From an uncultured Clostridia bacterium (lineage in GTDB: Bacteria; Bacillota; Clostridia; Christensenellales; DTU072): a DNA stretch of 64,000 nt. Positions 38,428 through 47,246 of the stretch are shown one piece after another; position 1 is the first letter of the stretch; each line of letters begins with the position of its first letter. The DNA is taken from contig CALVJA010000012.1 in assembly GCA_944331875.1 (NCBI GenBank), forward strand, positions 638-64,637, written 5' to 3'. A program made the position numbers and the translations under genes. Below the pieces are notes generated by a model. That model was not told the origin of the DNA and did not search any database. It worked only from the letters and a program-made list of their open reading frames with translations.

Positions 38428-39302
38428 AGTTTGCCCTCCAGCGCCAGCGTCAGCACCGCCATGCGGACGTAGACGCCGTTTTCCATCTGTTTATATATCC
38501 TCGATTTTTCGCATTCGGCGACTTCGCTCGCTATCTCTATGCCGCGGTTTATCGGCGCGGGGTGCATGATGATGGCGTTTTTCTTCATCTTCGCCACCCT
38601 CTCCACCGTAAGCCCGTAGCGGCGGAAGTATTCCTCTTTCGTGATGTTCATCGCCTGCTCGTGCCTTTCGAACTGCACCCGAAGAAGATTTATTATATCC
38701 ATTTTTTCGACCGCTTCGTCCAAAGGCATGTATTCGCCCGTTTTATCGGACAGCTGCTCGGGTCCCGATACATAGACTTTCATCCCCAGCCTTTTCATGA
38801 CCTCGGAATTACCGTGCGCCACGCGGGAGTGGGATATATCGCCCACCATCGCTATCTTGAGCCCCTCGAACGCGCCGTATTCCTCGTATATGGTCATCAG
38901 ATCCAAAAGCGTCTGCGTGGGGTGGTCGGACGTGCCGTCGCCGCCGTTGAAAATTGGTATTTTTATGGTTTCGAGATCCTTGTAATAAACGTCTTTGGTG
39001 TGTCTTATCACCACGCCGTCCACGCCGAGAGATTCGAACGTTCTGACCGTATCGTACAGCGTTTCGCCCTTTTGTACGCTGGACGACGCCAGATTGAACG
39101 AAAGCGGTGTGATACCGAGATTTATCATCGCTATCTGGAAGCTGTATTGCGTTCTGGTGGAGTTCTCATAAAAAAGGTTGACCATTTTCTTCCCGGGGAA
39201 GTTGATTGACCAACCTTTTTTGAAACGAATAGCAAGCTCTATGATGTCCATTATCTCGGGCGAGGACAGCGTCCTCAAAGTCAGAAGACCTCTCATAAAC
39301 AC
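38424..39302 (-). CDS. pyrB: Aspartate carbamoyltransferase catalytic subunit
   Basis: 292 aa. ENSTRTQYSF and SDHPTQTLLD signature blocks. Confidence 0.95.
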   Translation of the reverse strand: MFMRGLLTLRTLSSPEIMDIIELAIRFKKGWSINFPGKKMVNLFYENSTRTQYSFQIAMINLGITPLSFNLASSSVQKGETLYDTVRTFESLGVDGVVIRHTKDVYYKDLETIKIPIFNGGDGTSDHPTQTLLDLMTIYEEYGAFEGLKIAMVGDISHSRVAHGNSEVMKRLGMKVYVSGPEQLSDKTGEYMPLDEAVEKMDIINLLRVQFERHEQAMNITKEEYFRRYGLTVERVAKMKKNAIIMHPAPINRGIEIASEVAECEKSRIYKQMENGVYVRMAVLTLALEGKL

Positions 39303-39333
39303 CTCTTTTGAACGTTAAAATTTTATCTTTCCG

Positions 39334-39362
39334 ATTATACCAAATACCCGCGCCAAAGTAAA
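39334..39362 (-). promoter_or_regulatory. Sigma-A-type (extended -10) promoter of the pyr operon
   Basis: Minus strand TTTACT-17 nt-(TGg)TATAAT. The leader is ~25 nt to the AAGAGG SD. Confidence 0.6.
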
Positions 39363-39394
39363 GCGTTTTCCGCCCCAAACGGACTTGAGTTTCA

Positions 39395-39700
39395 TTTTTA
39401 GCCTTTCGGCTAAAAGTGATATGCACGTTCCGTGCGTGATATTTTCAGCCCGAGGGCTGAAAGTTACCTTAACTTCTCCCAACGGGAGAAATATCACTCT
39501 GCGAAGCAGAATATCACTTGACGAAGTCAAATATCACTTTGCGAAGCAAAATATAACTTGAGTGTTTAAGTGATATTTTTTAGCCTATCGGCTAAAAAGT
39601 GATATGCACGTTCCGTGCGTGATATTTTGCCCTAAAGGGTCAAAGTTATATTTTCAGCCTTGCGGCTGAAAGCTTTTTCAGCAGTCCGGCTGAATAGAAG
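39395..39700. repeat. ATATCAC/GTGATAT-punctuated mini-hairpin array with a 4 x 20-bp iteron-like core
   Basis: GTGATAT at 39416, 39436, 39570, 39599 and 39619. ATATCAC at 39491, 39511 and 39531. Degenerate ATATAAC at 39551 and GTTATAT at 39645. 12 or more hairpins lie between the motifs. See findings. Confidence 0.85.
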
Positions 39701-39768
39701 CAAGCGAGACAAGGCTCGCACCCTTTCTAGCGTGCTCTGACCGGATAGAAACGAGCTAGACGAGGCTC

Positions 39769-39826
39769 GAAAACGCCGCGGGACAGGAGTTTAGTAAAAC
39801 CTAAATGACTGTTCCGCGGCGTTTTC
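39769..39826 (+). repeat. Long-stem hairpin element, copy 2 (possible terminator after the 878-aa protein gene)
   Basis: 18-bp stem GAAAACGCCGCGGGACAG/CTGTTCCGCGGCGTTTTC around GAGTTTAGTAAAACCTAAATGA. Same architecture as 19417-19473. Confidence 0.8.
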
Positions 39827-39848
39827 AGTAAACGAAGTATAGCGAAGT

Positions 39849-42485
39849 TTATATCCGGTCAGAGCCGGTGAGACGATCATAGAGGGTTTGATCGTTGGGA
39901 ATTTGGTCGCCCGGTTCGATGAGGGGCGGACCGGAGGTAAAGTCGGCGCAGATGAGGAAGCAGTCGTGGTTGATGGTGAGTCCGTCGACGAGCATACTGG
40001 CAATGTTTGCGATGGCGCGTATGGTATCGCTGTCGGCGATGGCGAGGTCGGCTATGCGCATACCGGTCTCGGGAGCCACGGTGACGCCGGTAAGGTCGTA
40101 GGAGCACATGAGCCCGAGGCCGAAGCCCGCTATCGAAACGTACTCCGCGCCACCGTAATTATAGATCAACCCGTCGAAAGCGCCTGCGGCAAACATTTCG
40201 TTTACGGCGGTTGCGAAAGGTCCGTCCAGAAGAGAGCTCGCCGCCTGCAGCGCGGGTACCATGGTATAGACGGTCGTGGTCAGAATGTTGTAGACTTCGT
40301 CCGTCGTTTTCCAGTTATACACGTCCATTATCCCTTCTATCGTGATATTGGGGATTATGTTACGATTCATGTTGTTGGCGTCTATGACGCGCGGGACGAT
40401 CTGTACCGATGCGCCGTAACTCATCTTGAAGACGTTGTTGCGCAGCGTGACGTGGCAGTTTTTGGCGTCCTCTCTGTAATATCCGAGCTCTATGCCGGAG
40501 GTGTAGTTATCGCCCAGAATGCAGCCTTCTATCGTCAGGTCGCCGACGGAGTGCGCCTGCAGTCCGCGGGTAGTATTATAGATCTGGCAGTAGCGGTATG
40601 TGACGGAACTGTTCCTTACATCGCGCGCACGAATAAGATGGGAGGTCTTTCCCGCGTCGTCCAGAGTCAACGCGCCGCGCATGACGATGTCCTCGAATAC
40701 GAAACCGTCCGTATAGACCTCGCCCGCATACTCCTGCCCCTCGGCAAAGTGCGTGCCGCCGTTGATCTCGAAAACGAATTCGGTGGACTGCGACTCGGTC
40801 GGTCTGTGCGCCGAAAAGTCGAAGAGGAATCCGTTTCCGTATATGCTGGAGCGCATGGTTTTCGCTCTGACGTCGTTGGTGGCGTATGCGTCGCCCTGCA
40901 TAACGATGTCGTGACTGCCGAGGTCTATCGCGCTCAGCACGTCCTCGAAATCGTAGGTGTTGAACGCAGGAAGTTTATGGAAGCGGAAAGTAAAGCTTCT
41001 TCTGACGTCTACGGGACGGTTGTTTACCATCAGCGTCGCGGTCAGTGTCACGTTCTTCCCGAGCGCCCGGACGGGATCGACGGTAATCAGAGCGGCTTGA
41101 GAGCCTTCCTCTTTCGCCACGCTCACGGGCTGCACGGCGCCCTCTTCGAGCCCCTCCGTGGACACGCTCCACCTGACGTCGAAGGAATTCGAGTCGCCCA
41201 CTATCCCCAGGCGGAAAGTGTTCGTGGGTTCGTTGTTTTCGTTAAGCCACTCCGTCCCCCATATCCTCGACATTTGGATGCCGCGGGCGGCGTCGGCGGT
41301 GGTAAGTTCCAGCGTGAACGATACCGGTCGTTCGCGCACGGTGACGATCTTGGATACCGTATGTCCGTTGTATTCGGCAGTCAGAGTGACCACCCCGGCT
41401 TTTACCGGTTTTAACTCGAAACCTTTACCGCCCGATATCGTTTCGACAATTTCCACGCCGAGAACGTCGGTATCGTCCGAAACCAGCGTCAGAGATTCGT
41501 CCTCTATCGCTTCTCCGGAGATCAAGTATCCGAACGTCGCATAATAGGGACCGTTCTGCGTATATATCGTGGTGAGTCCGTCGGTAAATCCCCATTCGTC
41601 CTCGGCGCAGTAGATAACGCCTATCTCCACGGTGGTGAGCTCTCCGCCGGAGACGATCTCCACGGCATAGCGGTCGTCGGACAGCCTTTCGATGCCTGAT
41701 ACGGATACGTCATCGCCCGTGACGACGTTCATTCTGATCAGCTCGTCTATATCCCGAATACCGTCCGCCACGTAGATCTCGGTCTTCTTGACCAAAGCCT
41801 CGGAAGTGTCCACATAGACGGTCCTGCGATGATGGTTGCCTTCGCGGTCGGTCGCCGCCAGCGTGACCGTGGTAATGCCGCGGGATACAGGCGTCACTGT
41901 GCCGTTCACGGAAACGGAAACTATACCGGAATTTCCGCTTATCCACTCCACGTTGGATTCGTGGAGCGCCGCCATCGGGTTTATGTCGTAATAAAACTGC
42001 TCCGTGGTCTTCAGGGAGTAGACGGCGCTTTCCGCTATCTCCGCGCCCTCGCCGTTATAGATGTCGATGGAAGCTATTTCGGTCGTGGTCACGTAAAAAT
42101 GCAGGGTGAATACAACGTTGATGTTCTTTGACGCACGGATGATGAGATCGGTCGCGCCCATCTCGAGAGCGCGTATACGGTAACGGTTCGTCCCTTCTAT
42201 CGGCACGAGCTCCACGGAACCGGAACCCGCCCCCTCGTCGCGTTCCTGCAGAATGCTTTTATCGGGCGTCATGGACGGATAGACTTCGATAATCAGAAAG
42301 TCTTCGGTATTTATATCGACCGTTATCAGTTCGCCCGCGGCGATCTCCTCGTTACGGGAATTTTTAACGACGATGCTCTCCGGATTGACCGGAGTCGTCA
42401 GCAAAATGATATTCGACGTCACGCTGAGCGCCAGTACAGCCACTATCGGTATTATACAGATCACGGCTATCAGAAATTTTTTCAT
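39849..42485 (-). CDS. Signal-anchored surface protein with Big_2 (Ig-like) repeats and a C-terminal beta-helix-like region, paralog 1
   Basis: 878 aa. N-terminus MKKFLIAVICIIPIVAVLALSVTS. Big_2-like block NVEWISGNSGIVSVSVNGTVTPVSRGITTVTLAAT. The C-terminal half has PbH1-like strands (IYGNGFLFDF, LTIEGCILGDN, VTLRNNVFKM). Confidence 0.75.
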   Translation of the reverse strand: MKKFLIAVICIIPIVAVLALSVTSNIILLTTPVNPESIVVKNSRNEEIAAGELITVDINTEDFLIIEVYPSMTPDKSILQERDEGAGSGSVELVPIEGTNRYRIRALEMGATDLIIRASKNINVVFTLHFYVTTTEIASIDIYNGEGAEIAESAVYSLKTTEQFYYDINPMAALHESNVEWISGNSGIVSVSVNGTVTPVSRGITTVTLAATDREGNHHRRTVYVDTSEALVKKTEIYVADGIRDIDELIRMNVVTGDDVSVSGIERLSDDRYAVEIVSGGELTTVEIGVIYCAEDEWGFTDGLTTIYTQNGPYYATFGYLISGEAIEDESLTLVSDDTDVLGVEIVETISGGKGFELKPVKAGVVTLTAEYNGHTVSKIVTVRERPVSFTLELTTADAARGIQMSRIWGTEWLNENNEPTNTFRLGIVGDSNSFDVRWSVSTEGLEEGAVQPVSVAKEEGSQAALITVDPVRALGKNVTLTATLMVNNRPVDVRRSFTFRFHKLPAFNTYDFEDVLSAIDLGSHDIVMQGDAYATNDVRAKTMRSSIYGNGFLFDFSAHRPTESQSTEFVFEINGGTHFAEGQEYAGEVYTDGFVFEDIVMRGALTLDDAGKTSHLIRARDVRNSSVTYRYCQIYNTTRGLQAHSVGDLTIEGCILGDNYTSGIELGYYREDAKNCHVTLRNNVFKMSYGASVQIVPRVIDANNMNRNIIPNITIEGIMDVYNWKTTDEVYNILTTTVYTMVPALQAASSLLDGPFATAVNEMFAAGAFDGLIYNYGGAEYVSIAGFGLGLMCSYDLTGVTVAPETGMRIADLAIADSDTIRAIANIASMLVDGLTINHDCFLICADFTSGPPLIEPGDQIPNDQTLYDRLTGSDRI

Positions 42486-42547
42486 AGCTTTCTTTAATTT
42501 ATCTCCGTTGTCATTAGTTTTTCACAAATCCGCCGCCACACCATGCG

Positions 42548-45463
42548 TCACCGAGTATATTTCGCCCACGGAGCAGCCTCTCCTCTAGACGCCGTGAGCT
42601 TATCGTACAGCGCGTCGTTTGCGGGCACCGGGTCGCCCGGTTCTATTTCGGACATACCGGACGAGAAGTTGTTACACAATATCATGCATGTGTTGGACGC
42701 CGTGCTGAAGCCGTTGAGTTTCATAGTTCTGACGAGGTCTTCTATTGCTTGGAGATTTGAGGGAATGCTGCCGTCGGCGTACCTCATCATCATTTTGATG
42801 ATCTCCACGTCCGACGACGTCGCTTCCGATATACGCACCCTGTCGAAATCCCATCCGTATACGCAGCCCATGCCGAACATGCCGAGCCCTATATATTGGT
42901 CGCCGGCGTACGAGTAGTACAGGTTGTCGTTTTCGGAAATGCCCAAAAATTCGTTCACCACCCTTTCGAGATAGCTGTCCAGAAGCGTAGTGACCAAAGT
43001 TTCGAATTGCTCTCCGGCGACCATAACCAAATAATAAGCGATGAGATCTTTTACGCTTTTATAAAAAGTATCTTTCGTCATCCAGTTGTATATATCCAAA
43101 GAGCCCTCGACATACAGGTTGGGCGCCACCGAATAGTCGCCCCAATTATAGTTGTAACCGCCGGGCATGCCCGTACCGGAGAAGACCACGGCGGGACCGG
43201 AGCTCATTTTGAACACGTTGTTGCGGAAGGTGAGGTTGTACCCGGGGCGGCGGTCGTCGGTATAAGTATTCGGCGCCGACGAGACCACATTGCGCCCGGA
43301 ATCGAATTCGTAGATGTAGTTCGAGTACCTTCTGAGCGGTTCCATATGATAGACCGTGAGCACGGAATGCTTGAAGTTGTCGCCCAGTATGCAGCCCTCT
43401 ATAAGCACGTCGTTGACGCGGTCGATATGGATACCGCGCTCGGAATTGTATACCTCGCAGTATTTTATCGACATGGGCGGGTCGCGCGGCACGTTCGCGT
43501 TTATCGCCGGCTCGTTGTAGAATCCCAGAGTATAACCGATCACGCCGAAGCTGCCGTCGGCTTCCTCCAGCGTTTCGGCGCCGCGTATTTTAAGGTTGTA
43601 CACGGTAAATTCCGATATGCCGAGCTCTTCCATTTTGTCCAGCATTATCTCTTTCGAGGGCGTAGCCCCGCCGAAATACGTACTTCTGAGCCTGTTGTAT
43701 ATGTCCTCCCAGCGGTACCTGAGGGCTGAATCTCCGTTCGTCGGCACATCGACCGCCGCCGCGTCGTACAGGAAACCGTTGCCGTATACGGAGCCCGTCA
43801 TGCTCGAGAACATCCTGTCCGCGGCAATATCGGACTGCAGCACATAATCGTACGTCGGATAAGAATCGTAGACGGCGGCGAAATCCCCGGCGTCGTATAC
43901 GTTCACCGAATTCTGTTTTTCGAGCATGGAGAACACGAAACTTCTCTGCATACTCTCCACCACTCTTCCCTGCATATACAGTTTCGCGGTCACTCTGACG
44001 TCTTTACCCGCCGCCGCTTCGGTGAACGTGATGTACACGTCCGAGGTGGAATCGTACGCCGGAGTAAGTTCCGCGAGCTCGGGATCGTTCACGAACCAGC
44101 GCACCTCGAACGCGCCCGTATCGTTTTTCAGACCGAAACGCATCGTCCGACTCAATCCTCCCTCCTCATCGAGCCAATAATTACCCCAATAGCGGTCGCG
44201 CGCTATGCCGCGCTCGGTGTCGGTCATCTGGAGCATAAGGTCGAACGCGACGGGACGCTCTTTTACCGTAAAAGACGCGGATACGCTCTCGCCGCCGTAC
44301 GTCAGCGTGACGGTCGCCGTGCCCGCTTTCAGCGGAATGAGACGCGAAGTTTCCGCGTCCACCCCCAAAACGTCGGGAGCATCGCTCGACGCGGCGAATC
44401 CCGTCGCGATCCTTTCACCGCTCGTATAATCGAACACGGTGAACGGATACGCGCCGTTTCCGGAATATATCGTTTCGTCCATGGCGCCGAAGCCCCAGCC
44501 CGTATCGGAGTAGCGCACCTCGACGTCGACCGAGTATATGCCCGAAGTGACTCTGAACAGCCTTACCGTGCCCTGAGCGCCGCCTGAAACGGCGATCTCG
44601 GAGACTTCGGCTTCCGGGTCGAGGAGTTCGGTTTCGTTGAGCCACGCGGCGATTTCGCGTTCCGTCGAACCGAACAGCGCCTCGTCCGTGACGAACACCG
44701 TCGTATCCGACACCAGCGCTCCGGAAAGATCGACCGTGAACGAAGCCGTAAACTGTTTGCCCGCTCCGTCGTAGGCGGTGGCGGTTATCTGCACTCTCTC
44801 GTCGGTGCGCTGCATCGGAGTGACCAGCCCCGTTTCGTCCACCGTCGCGAGCTCGGGATCGGAGGACTGCCAGATTATATCGTTATCGAGCGACGTATAC
44901 GCGCTGTGCGGCTCCGCCGCGGTATAAAAGCGCTCCGCTCCGACAAGCTTTATCTCGCCCGAGTATTGCGTTTCGTTTTTCGTCGCGTACGCTATCGGTT
45001 TATCGGGGTCGTCGCCCGTATCGGTATATATCTCGAAGCGGTCTATTTCCTTCGTCGTGACGTTGAAAGTGACCGTTTTGTACACGTCTCTTGCGGACGC
45101 GGCGCGTATCGTCAGCTTGGCGACTCCCGCGGATACGGGCACTATCGTGTAGCGGTCGGAGGAACCGTCCCGCTTTTCGAGCTCTACTCTGCCGCTCATG
45201 CCCTCTTCGGACGCGTCTTCGTAGACTATCTCTTTGTCCCTGACGAAAGAGGGAAGGATCTCTATCACCAAAAACTCGTCCGTTTCAGCGACGTCGATAT
45301 CGACGACCTCGTCCGAACCAAGCTCCACGTTCGAGGAATTTTTGATGATCAAGTCGCTCGCGTTGGGGCTCGTCGCGGACAATATGAGCGAACTCGTGAC
45401 GCTCAATGCCAGCACGACTATGACGGGGATTATGCAGATGACGGCTATCAGAAATTTTTTCAT
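42548..45463 (-). CDS. Signal-anchored surface protein with Big_2 repeats and a C-terminal beta-helix-like region, paralog 2
   Basis: 971 aa. N-terminus MKKFLIAVICIIPVIVVLALSVTS. Big_2-like block IIWQSSDPELATVDETGLVTP. VYGNGFLYDA, LIEGCILGDN, LTFRNNVFKM. The C-terminal tail is shared with paralog 1. Confidence 0.75.
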   Translation of the reverse strand: MKKFLIAVICIIPVIVVLALSVTSSLILSATSPNASDLIIKNSSNVELGSDEVVDIDVAETDEFLVIEILPSFVRDKEIVYEDASEEGMSGRVELEKRDGSSDRYTIVPVSAGVAKLTIRAASARDVYKTVTFNVTTKEIDRFEIYTDTGDDPDKPIAYATKNETQYSGEIKLVGAERFYTAAEPHSAYTSLDNDIIWQSSDPELATVDETGLVTPMQRTDERVQITATAYDGAGKQFTASFTVDLSGALVSDTTVFVTDEALFGSTEREIAAWLNETELLDPEAEVSEIAVSGGAQGTVRLFRVTSGIYSVDVEVRYSDTGWGFGAMDETIYSGNGAYPFTVFDYTSGERIATGFAASSDAPDVLGVDAETSRLIPLKAGTATVTLTYGGESVSASFTVKERPVAFDLMLQMTDTERGIARDRYWGNYWLDEEGGLSRTMRFGLKNDTGAFEVRWFVNDPELAELTPAYDSTSDVYITFTEAAAGKDVRVTAKLYMQGRVVESMQRSFVFSMLEKQNSVNVYDAGDFAAVYDSYPTYDYVLQSDIAADRMFSSMTGSVYGNGFLYDAAAVDVPTNGDSALRYRWEDIYNRLRSTYFGGATPSKEIMLDKMEELGISEFTVYNLKIRGAETLEEADGSFGVIGYTLGFYNEPAINANVPRDPPMSIKYCEVYNSERGIHIDRVNDVLIEGCILGDNFKHSVLTVYHMEPLRRYSNYIYEFDSGRNVVSSAPNTYTDDRRPGYNLTFRNNVFKMSSGPAVVFSGTGMPGGYNYNWGDYSVAPNLYVEGSLDIYNWMTKDTFYKSVKDLIAYYLVMVAGEQFETLVTTLLDSYLERVVNEFLGISENDNLYYSYAGDQYIGLGMFGMGCVYGWDFDRVRISEATSSDVEIIKMMMRYADGSIPSNLQAIEDLVRTMKLNGFSTASNTCMILCNNFSSGMSEIEPGDPVPANDALYDKLTASRGEAAPWAKYTR

Positions 45464-45584
45464 TTACAGAATGCCTCTTTCAAGTACGATTTTTTTGCCT
45501 TTTGCCGATCGGGATCGGCGTATTTTTTCGACTTTTTGTTTTTTCACGCTTCTCCGGGAACCCAAACAAGCGTTTTATATGCGA

Positions 45585-47246
45585 TTATTTCGCGATTTTG
45601 TTATATGCCTTTTTCAGCCCTATCGTGTATATCAGGACGGAAACCACGAAGAACGCTCCCGCCAGCGCGGTGACCAGGATATACATGAATCGCATGTCGA
45701 ACGTCAGTGTGAACGTGCCGAACGCAAGGGCTATCGGAGTCTCCAGGGAGCCGATATAGCTAAGGAACATACACAGTATTCCTACCGTCAGCGCGACGGC
45801 GAATCCGAGCGCCACCGAAAACGTCGTCGAGGCGTTGTTGTTGACGACCTCGCCTTCGCCGGAGAGGTTGAAGTACGGACGCGCTATGTCCATGCGCATC
45901 GACACCAGAGTCAGTCCCACGGAGCACATCTCGACGACGGCGAAAAGCCACAGCCCGTTCGACACCGCTACCTGTTCGGAGCCGATGAGCACCCCGACGC
46001 ATATCGCGTTGGCAATGACGGACACGATAAGGTACATGACGAATTTGGCGAAAAGCTGCGTCCTTATCGACACCGGCGCCACCTTGGTATGATAGAAGTT
46101 ATCGCCCTCGCGGCTGGTGGACGTCGCCGAAAACGAGGTAATAACGGTGGCGAAGATAAGCATGACGAGCATCGACATGCCGAGAGATATCTGCTCGCCG
46201 ACCTGGTTTTGCCCCAGCTCCCTGGTGATGTTGTTGCAGAAAAACACCATTACCGGCATCGCGCACGCCAAAACGAAGTATTGGAAGGAGTAGTTGACGG
46301 AGCGGAATACCTGCAGAAACTCTTTGTGCATCAGCGTTACGAACACGGGGCGGCGGCGGTTTCCGGTAACGTGTTTGAACGCGCTGCCCTCCACCTCGAC
46401 GTTGTTCAGAAGCGTTTTGGCATACAGGAAATATATCACCATGATGGTCCCTATGAGCGTGATCCCCGTCAGTCCTATCAGCACGGGATATGCGATATAT
46501 AACTCATGCCCCACCATGACGTCGGCAAAATACTTCATCGGTATCAGCCATTTTGCGACGTTTTCGATTATTTCGACCATACTGTCGCTGAAAACGGAGA
46601 ACTCCCTGTCGTTCATGAACGTCACCATACTGTTGAACAGCAGCATATATACCGCGAACGCCGCGGTGACGAGAACGGCAAGTCCTATTATGATCAGCGC
46701 GAATTTGTTGCGGATCTTGTTCGTCAGGTGCATTATCGGTATCGCGAGTATGTTGCTCAGGAAAAACGTAATGAACACCAAAAACAGTATCGGAATTGGT
46801 ATTTTGGCGTAAAACGCCGCCCCCAGCCCGCTCACCTCGGCATACGCCACCAAAAAAGGCGCCATTATTATCGCGGTGGCGAAAAACTGGGTCAGGAACA
46901 AAAACAGCGTTTTGGATATGAAAACCTCCGTACCCGACACGGGATAGCGCATGAGTATCTCGTTGTCGCCCTTGTAATACAGTACTTTTATCGTGCTGGT
47001 AATGCCGGCGAACAGCATGAACAGGAATATGACCGACACCAAAAGCACCAACGCTTCGTACAGCAGTCCGCCCGTGTCGAACATATCGAAAAACAAGCCT
47101 GCCGCCCAGTATATCGCGTATATCACGGCGGCGAGGAGAACAAGCGTCCCGAACAGTCTGAAATAGGATTTGTAATCGCTGACGGAATAGTTCGAGAACC
47201 TGTTTTTTATCTCGAGCCTCAGGAGAGTGCGGATGTTGCCGTTCAT
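45585..47246 (-). CDS. Large polytopic ABC exporter permease (ABC-2 / putative ABC-exporter type)
   Basis: 553 aa from ATG 47246 (ATGA overlap with the ATPase stop). Roughly a dozen hydrophobic segments. The track extension to 47573 runs inside the ATPase gene. Confidence 0.75.
   Translation of the reverse strand: MNGNIRTLLRLEIKNRFSNYSVSDYKSYFRLFGTLVLLAAVIYAIYWAAGLFFDMFDTGGLLYEALVLLVSVIFLFMLFAGITSTIKVLYYKGDNEILMRYPVSGTEVFISKTLFLFLTQFFATAIIMAPFLVAYAEVSGLGAAFYAKIPIPILFLVFITFFLSNILAIPIMHLTNKIRNKFALIIIGLAVLVTAAFAVYMLLFNSMVTFMNDREFSVFSDSMVEIIENVAKWLIPMKYFADVMVGHELYIAYPVLIGLTGITLIGTIMVIYFLYAKTLLNNVEVEGSAFKHVTGNRRRPVFVTLMHKEFLQVFRSVNYSFQYFVLACAMPVMVFFCNNITRELGQNQVGEQISLGMSMLVMLIFATVITSFSATSTSREGDNFYHTKVAPVSIRTQLFAKFVMYLIVSVIANAICVGVLIGSEQVAVSNGLWLFAVVEMCSVGLTLVSMRMDIARPYFNLSGEGEVVNNNASTTFSVALGFAVALTVGILCMFLSYIGSLETPIALAFGTFTLTFDMRFMYILVTALAGAFFVVSVLIYTIGLKKAYNKIAK

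Noticed and set aside
39518-39530. A Spo0A 0A-box (TGACGAA matches TGNCGAA) within the iteron-like core
   Set aside because: Only one of the three GAA-loop hairpins fits the 7-mer. The others read TGCGAAG. This is most simply a by-product of the hairpin sequence.
39395-39700. A CRISPR-array interpretation of the punctuated hairpin arrays (also 11836-12011 and 21633-21768)
   Set aside because: The repeated unit is only 7-11 nt, against 23 nt or more for CRISPR repeats. The spacers are 13-22-nt palindromes related to each other rather than unique protospacer-like sequences. The motif occurs in both orientations. No cas genes or leader are present.
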